Positions 57,553-64,000 of a DNA stretch of 64,000 bases are shown in pieces. The stretch comes from Rebecca billardiae RCC1528. Its lineage: Eukaryota > Protista > Haptophyta. The position numbers and the translations under genes were made by a program. A model generated the notes under the pieces. It saw only the letters and a program-made list of their open reading frames with translations. It was not told the DNA's origin and ran no database searches. Within the stretch, counting starts at the first letter, position 1. Every line of letters begins with the position of its first letter. The stretch spans positions 4,712,001 to 4,776,000 of the forward strand of contig OZ251222.1 in NCBI GenBank assembly GCA_965240325.2, written 5' to 3'.

Positions 57553-58869
57553 TCAGCGCCCCGCGCGGAGCCCGCGCCCTCGCCGCCCCTCCGCCGGCAC
57601 CCCCGCCGCCCCCGGCTCGTACAGCCGCATGAGCGTGCGCTCCTTGGCGAGGGTGTACATGCCCGCGCCGCCCACCGCCTCGCACAGCGCGCGCTCGGCC
57701 GCGCCGCGCTGCTCCGCGCACAGCTCGCGCAGCTTGGGCGCGCCGAAGTACTTGTGCGCGCGGAAGACGAGGCCGTCGATGCACGCGAGCCGCGCGCGCG
57801 TGCCCGGCGCGTGCGCGCACGCCTGCCCCTCGCCGTGCCGCGCGCCGGTCGTCAGGTAGGTGGCCGCGGCGCCCGCGCCGAACCAGCACGCGGCGCCGAC
57901 CTCGGCGGCCGAGCCCGCGGTCGAGTGCGCGCACAGCGCGCGCAGCGCGAGGTGGGAGGCCTGCTCGCGCACGTCCCCGCGGCAGCGCGTCTGCCCGAGC
58001 GGCGCGCGCACGCACCGCCACACCGACTCGCACCGGCCGCACGCCGTCGGCACCGCGCGCACCGCGTAGTAGAAGCAGCTCGGACGCGCGAGCGGCGGGA
58101 TGTGCGCGCGCGCGCACTGCTCGGCGCGCGCGACGTACGACTCGCCGAGGGCGTGGCGGTGGCGGTGCAGGTGCTCCATGTGCACGCCGCCCGCGCAGTA
58201 GTGCAGCATGGAGCCCGGCGCGGGCACGCGCGCCGCGAGCGGCCCCGCGCACGCGCGCAGCGCCGCGCGCAGCGCCGGCCGCGCCTGCCGCAGCCCGTGC
58301 CCGACGCTATGCATCGCCTCGCCCGCAGACGCGAGCGCGATGGCGGGCACGCGCGGGTCGGTGACGAAGGCGGCGAGCGCGTCGAAGGTGGCGTTCGACG
58401 GCGCCGACGACGGCGCCGACGGGCCACCGCGCTCGCCGCCTCCCACGATGGCGCGCACGTGCGCGCCCGCCACGCCGTGGAAGCAGCCGCCGCGGCACCG
58501 CCAGCCGCACGCGCGCAGCGCGCGCTCGAGGTCGGCGTTGAAGCGGGCGTACACGCGCCCCCCCGGCGCGTGCAGGTGGCGGTGGCAGGTGGGCGCTCGC
58601 CACTGCACAAAGTCGAGCGCGTGCTCCACGCCGCCGAGCTCACGCTCCGCGCGGCGCACGCCCGCGTCTGTCTCGACACTCAGGGCGCGCACCTCTGGCG
58701 CCAGCCAGCGCACGCGCTGGGACGCGCTCGGCGAGAGATACGTGCGCATTGCGGCGATGCGGCGGGCCTCTAGCGCCGACTCCGCCACCGACTCGTTGAG
58801 CATCGCGGCCGTGGCCGCCGCGATGAACGCCGCCCAGGCCACGTCCGTGCCGCGCAAACTGTCGCCCAT
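57553..58869 (-). CDS. Membrane-anchored Cys/His-rich helical-repeat protein (CHxxxH / CxHG / HxxGHG / CxxGxxME motifs)
   Basis: N-terminal hydrophobic helix; CHRHLHAPG, CRGGCFHG, MHSVGHG, YCAGGVHMEH, ACWFGAG, ACIDG. Confidence 0.6.
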   Translation of the reverse strand: MGDSLRGTDVAWAAFIAAATAAMLNESVAESALEARRIAAMRTYLSPSASQRVRWLAPEVRALSVETDAGVRRAERELGGVEHALDFVQWRAPTCHRHLHAPGGRVYARFNADLERALRACGWRCRGGCFHGVAGAHVRAIVGGGERGGPSAPSSAPSNATFDALAAFVTDPRVPAIALASAGEAMHSVGHGLRQARPALRAALRACAGPLAARVPAPGSMLHYCAGGVHMEHLHRHRHALGESYVARAEQCARAHIPPLARPSCFYYAVRAVPTACGRCESVWRCVRAPLGQTRCRGDVREQASHLALRALCAHSTAGSAAEVGAACWFGAGAAATYLTTGARHGEGQACAHAPGTRARLACIDGLVFRAHKYFGAPKLRELCAEQRGAAERALCEAVGGAGMYTLAKERTLMRLYEPGAAGVPAEGRRGRGLRAGR

Positions 58870-58945
58870 GCTGCTGAGCAAGACAGTCCCCCGCGGCCGG
58901 CCCGCCGGACCCCGCGCTGCCCGGCGCTCAACGATTTCAATAAGA

Positions 58946-59718
58946 ATGGCGGCCGGCGCGGTGCCGGCGGTGGTGGTGGCGCTTGCCCTGCCCAGTGCAC
59001 GCGTGGCCCCCGCGGGCACGGGCCTCGCCGAGCTGCCCGCTCTGATCCAGCGCGCGCCGCTCGAGCCGCTCATCGCCCGCGCCGCCGCGCCGCCCCTCCC
59101 GCCGGACGAGCTGGTCTCGCGCGTGGGAGAGCTGCGGCTCGACGGCACGGTCGAGTACGCGCGCGCCTCGCCCACCGTGTACTACTACGACGCGCGCAAG
59201 GAGCTGAGCGTGCTGCCGGAGGCGAAGCGCGCCTCGGCGATCGAGCGCCCCGCGCGGAACCTCACCGTCGGCGCGCTCATCCGCGAGCTGCAGGGCGGCG
59301 AGCGCGCGTACTACTCGGCGGTGGGCCGGGCGAGGCTGCTCAACGCGCTGACCGCCGGCGTCGTGGACGCGCGCGCGCTGCGCGGCGCGCTGTGGGCGGC
59401 GGGCGAGCCGCTGGAGCTGAGCCCCGACCACTACAGCAGCGCCGGCTTCTGGGTCTCGGGCAACGGCGCGACCAGCCACTGCCACTACGACGCCTCCGCC
59501 AACCTGTACGCGCAGCTGAGCGGCACCAAGCGCTTTGTGCTCGCGCACCCGGCCGCGCACGCGGCCGTTGGGCTGCACTCGCACCTGCACCCGCGCGCGC
59601 GCCGGCTGAAGGCGAGCGAGCCGGAGCACGACGCGCGGCTGCGCGACACGCGCGTCGGCGCCGCGCGCCCCGCGCCCAATGCCTCCGCCGTGCCGGCCAC
59701 CGCCGCACAGGGCGGACA

Positions 59719-59784
<66 letters not shown>

Positions 59785-60646
59785 GCTGAGCGTGGCCGAG
59801 CTGCGCGCGGGCGACGTGCTCTACCTGCCGCCGTACCACTTCCACCACGTCAGCGCCACGTCGCGCGTGTCGCTCTCGTTCAACACGTTCCTCGGAGCGC
59901 GCGCCGTCGCGCAGGCGCGCGAGCTCGTCAGCCGCGGCGCCGCCGCGCTCGGCCTGCCCGCGCGGCGCGCGCGGCGCGTGTGGAGCGGCCAGCAGCGCGC
60001 GGCCGTGCTCGAGGGCGCGCTGCCGCTGCTGGTGCGGCTGGCGCTCGGGCTGCCCTCGCTCGAGCGCGCGCGCGAGTGGGTGCACGCGGCCATGCGCCAG
60101 CGGTGGGACGACCTCGTCGCCGCGCGCCCGGAGCTCGCCGAGCCTCTCGCCGCGTTCTGCGCCCACGGCTCGCGCGAGGAGCGCGCCGCGATGGCGCGGC
60201 GCGCGCTCGAGCCTGGCACGGCCGCGCACGCGCGCGTGCTGGCCAACATCTCGCATGTGGCCGCGGTGCTGAGGGAGCTGCGACCGCCGGCTGCGGAGAT
60301 CGAGGCGGCCAACATGTGCGAGCAGGCCGCCGCGGATCTGCTCGAGCTGCCCAGCGCGTACGGCTCGTTCCTGTGGGGCTGCTTTGCGCCCGCTGCCGGC
60401 GCCGCCGCCGTCGATGGCCTCGATGGGCGGACAGATGGCCCAGGGAGCCTCGCACACGGCGCGCAGCGGCGCGGGGGCGGGGCCGGTTGGCATCGCGCGC
60501 TGCTGCGTCTGGCGCGCCGAGGCTTGCGTCTCGGCCGGCCACTCTCGTCCGGGGAATCTCGCGCTGCAGTGTCGACCACTGCGAGCGCCCCCGACGACTC
60601 GCTCTCCTGCTCAGCAGCGGCATCCGACGGCGACGGGCGGCAGTGA
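58946..60646 (+). CDS. Secreted JmjC/cupin-8 oxygenase (FIH/JMJD7/TYW5-like)
   Basis: Signal peptide; SHCHYDASANLYAQLSGTKRF...ELRAGDVLYLPPYHFHHV; poly-Gly insert. Confidence 0.85.
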
Positions 60647-62173
60647 CGACGAGCCTTACTCCTTACGTAGCGTACAGACCTTCACCTTGCATGTGGCAAC
60701 TTCTTGCGCGATGATCTTATTCAGTATCATCATCATCAGATCGCGGAGAGTAGTCGCGTATATATAGCAGTATAGTACTAATATAATAGTAACTACGTCG
60801 TCGTCGCGGATCCGACCGATCCGACGACGGTCGGGGTCCGCGCCGATAGGCGTCTGAAGGCGATACTCCGCCGACTGTTAACTTAAATCAGACGATCGCG
60901 TGTCGACTCAGTCGACGAGCCCGGACCCGGTGTCCGTGACGTCGTCCGTGACCGCCGACCGGCCGAACCGGACCGCGCGGCGTCGGCTCGGCGGCCGTCG
61001 AGCCTTACTGAGTCGTACTCGTATAACTAACTTACGACTGCTAGCTTTTTTATAGAAACTTACACGGGCCACACACGGTGACGGTTACACACGGTGCCAC
61101 TTTCAGACTCACAGACCGACAAGCCACACACGGTCACGGGCAGACTACATAGAGAGTCACCGATCGATCGACCGAGTTGCCGGCCAGAGTGCTACTGTAA
61201 GACGGTCCGCCAGCTAGAGTTAGCGCTAGCTGCTAATTAATTATTATTCAATATCATGGCGCGCGCCAGGGATGGGTCACCCGGTCACCGCGGGTCCGCC
61301 GGGCCGCCGGCCAGACCGCGGGCCCGGTGGGCCGACTGCTGCCGACCAGCAGTGCGTTAGAGTGTATACGACCGTATCGCCAGTCTCAGCGTGAGCCGCG
61401 TACGGCGTTAACGTATAGCCGTAGGCAGGGCACTGGCCGTCCGCGCCGGCGCTAGGCCCGGGCCACCGGGGCGGACGCCGTCACGCTGCGACGCAGTCGC
61501 ACTCGTAACGGACTGCTGTCGTCAACGTCTGTGTGAGTCTGTGTCAGACGCCCCGCGGCAGCGGGCGACTCCGCTCCCGCTCCGCCGGCCGCCGCGGGCC
61601 GCCACCAGCCGCGGCGGCGTCGGGGCCGCAGCGCCCGCGGCCGCGGGCCGCGCGCGGCGCCGCCCGGGCGGCGCCCGGGCGCGGTGCCCGTCCGGCGGTG
61701 GGCACCGGCGCGCCGCGCGGCCGGGCCCGGCGCCCGCCCGCATTATCATCATCAGCAGTCGGAATCGGCTGTCGCAAGCAGACGGCATAAGCGCGGCGCC
61801 GATGATTGTGGGCCTCGCGGACACACTCATTACACAGACATGACGAGACAGTGGTGAGTCAGTGGCACCACGGACACGGTGACGGTTCGGGTTTCCAGAG
61901 TCAGTGACGGCGAGTGCCGCGGCGAGGGCGCCGCCAGCCAGCATCCGCAGGGAGACCGCTGGCACTTCCTAGGCCAGACGGCCTGACGTCCCATTGCGTG
62001 CCCGAACGACGGGCACTGTCCCAACGCATGTGACTCGCCGCCCGCGCCACTGCAGCTGCGAGCACGTTGCAGCTGCGAGAGCACGTTGCAGCGCAGCGCC
62101 GGCGCCGCCCACAACGCCCACGGACTGCGATCCGCGCAGCATCCACCGCATCCAGCATGTTGACAGCCAGGCC

Positions 62174-62626
62174 TCATCGCGGAGGGCCCCGGCCTCGCCC
62201 ACGTCCCCTGCCGCGCCCCCTTCCGCGCCCGAGCTTGGGGGCAGACGCCTCGCGCTTCTGCTTGGGCCGCGGAGTGTCGTCGAGCAGCAGTGTTTCCAGG
62301 TTGAGTGAATCGGGGAGGAGGAAATAGCGCACATTGCTGCCGCGGATGCTGAGCGCGTCCATGTTGACAGGGTTCTTGCCCTTGACCGTCACCTTAACGG
62401 CCTTCATGTGGGTGTTCATGCTCACATCCACGCCCGCAATCGTGCCGTGCACGATCGTGCCGTTCTTGAGCTCGACCGTGACTGTCTGGTTGGTTAGCTT
62501 CATCAAGAAGCTGCGCGCGGGCGGAGGTGAGAGGGGCGGGAAGGGGGTGAGCCTCGGGCGCACCGCGCTCGCGCGTCCCCGTGCCACGATGCCCACGTGC
62601 TGCGGCACGCACCGGACGAGCTTCAT
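62174..62626 (-). CDS. SNRPD1: Small nuclear ribonucleoprotein Sm D1; intron 62511-62612
   Basis: MKLVR|FLMKL...[23 protein letters not shown]...[23 protein letters not shown]; GR-repeat tail. Confidence 0.97.
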   Translation of the reverse strand: MKLVRCVPQHVGIVARGRASAVRPRLTPFPPLSPPPARSFLMKLTNQTVTVELKNGTIVHGTIAGVDVSMNTHMKAVKVTVKGKNPVNMDALSIRGSNVRYFLLPDSLNLETLLLDDTPRPKQKREASAPKLGRGRGRGRGRGRGRGPPR

Positions 62627-62898
62627 GGCGAGCAGCCGCGCTCGCTCGGCAGGATCGAGCACGACGCTGCTCACGATGGCGGCGCGGCGCGCGTCGACAC
62701 TCCATCTGAAGAAAAGGAAATGCGCGGCAAATCGCGCGTCCGAATAATTCCGCGCAACTTTTTCTGCGTACAAATATATTCGATCGCGTCGCGTGCTGCT
62801 AGCCAACTCGGGCAACTGGCTGCTAAGTGCTAGCTCGAGCACCATTGGCGCACAGCTTGCAGCTGCCGACTGATCAATTGATGAGCTCATCGTGGAGC

Positions 62899-63896
62899 CT
62901 ACGACGGAGCAGCTGCTGAATCTTCGCTGCACTCCACCATGCGCGCGCGGATGAGTTCGGCCAGTTCCGCCATGCCGTCCATGTTCTTGTCTACGCAGGC
63001 GTTCAGCCCAGCGGCCTCAAACTCGCGACGGTCGTCGCAGCCCGAAGGGTCGCCCGTCACGCCAATGATCATGCCGGAGTAGCCGTTGCTGCGTAGCTTG
63101 CGCGTCGCGGCCGCTCCGGACATCAGAGGCATCCTGGGCAGGGGTGAACGCGGCGGTGACCGATGAGTTGGGCGGGCGGAGGATGGGAGCGCCCATCCAT
63201 GTGTGGGGACGCACCATCCGTGTGGCGGCCCGTTCTCCCTCCATGGGCATGGCACGGGCGTGCGCAAAGGCCGCGCGCGCGCGGCGGTCGCGGTCGCGCG
63301 CGCGCTCACTGGTTGTCCATGACGATCACGTCGTACCGCTGGCCGGCGCTGACGGCCTCGACGGCGGCCGCCCCGTCGTCCACCTGGTCGTAGGGCAGAC
63401 CCAGCACATCGAACGTCTGCAGCGGCATGGTGAGCCGCACGAAGTGGTCGTCCTCGGCGTGGAGGCAGCGGAAGCCTGGCGGCACCGCGGTGGCAGGCGC
63501 GGCCTCCGCGGGGATGCGCGCTCCGCCGTGGCCAGAGGAGTCGGGAGTTTCGAAGTTGGAGGAGGAATCCTTGCTGCCGCCCCCGGCAGACTCGAACGGG
63601 TGCACGTCCGCGCTGCCGGAGCCGGGGGGCACGTTGAGCTTGCGCGACGCGCTGTCCGATCCAGCGCGCGAGCTCGGGGCGTGGGGCGAGGGGAGAGGCT
63701 CAGAACTGTGCTTGCTCGGGGACGCGGGCGGTGGCCGTGCGATGCGGCAGCGGATGCGCATCTCGAAGATCGTGCCGTGGCCGTGCCCATCCGAGCGGAT
63801 CTCGAGCTCCGAGTCGCTGTGCAGCGAGAGGATTTGCCTCACGATCGTGAGCCCCAGCCCAGTGCCTCCGTTGCCCTGCATCTGCCCGCGGCCCAC
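62899..63896 (-). CDS. 3' part of a hybrid sensor histidine kinase (HATPase G2 box plus receiver); intron 63134-63309; continues beyond the window
   Basis: [19 protein letters not shown]; HAEDD...YDVIVMDNQ|MPLMSG...IIGVTG...CVDK. Confidence 0.88.
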
Positions 63897-64000
63897 CTGC
63901 GGGCGAAGGGGCGCGGGCGCGCACGGGCCAGGCAGGGCGAGGCAGCGGGCGGCCACGTCATGCCAACGCGTGGCGTGTCGCGCGCGGAGAAAAAGGGCGC

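Overview
Very GC-rich, gene-dense eukaryotic DNA with short GC-rich spliceosomal introns. Gene content and composition suggest a haptophyte-type alga such as Pavlovales (inference, not proven). The window opens in the 3' part of a decayed tyrosine-recombinase retrotransposon (Ngaro/DIRS type) whose RT/RNase H region is replaced by a ~670-bp GATC-rich minisatellite. About 22 protein-coding genes follow: VPS35L, an SfsA-like nuclease, a SUI1+UIM protein, a Ppx/GppA phosphatase, a jacalin-repeat protein, a plastid membrane protein, an ABCC transporter, an 8-TM rhodopsin-like hybrid histidine kinase, a Pro-rich membrane protein, a P450, COG7, a C2H2 factor, IWS1, CTR9, two JmjC oxygenases, a cyclophilin, Aurora kinase, a Cys/His-repeat protein, SmD1, two further secreted unknowns and the 3' end of a second hybrid histidine kinase. 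Six gene pairs are head-to-head with 46-293 bp between start codons. AT-richer spacers carry (TA)n tracts, small non-autonomous elements and a long-TIR foldback element. The strongest candidates for new biology are the rhodopsin-HK-REC-(HPt-like) sensor, the SUI1-UIM-helical-domain protein, and the Cys/His-repeat protein paired with a secreted JmjC oxygenase. All calls come from motif recognition by eye; no database search was run.
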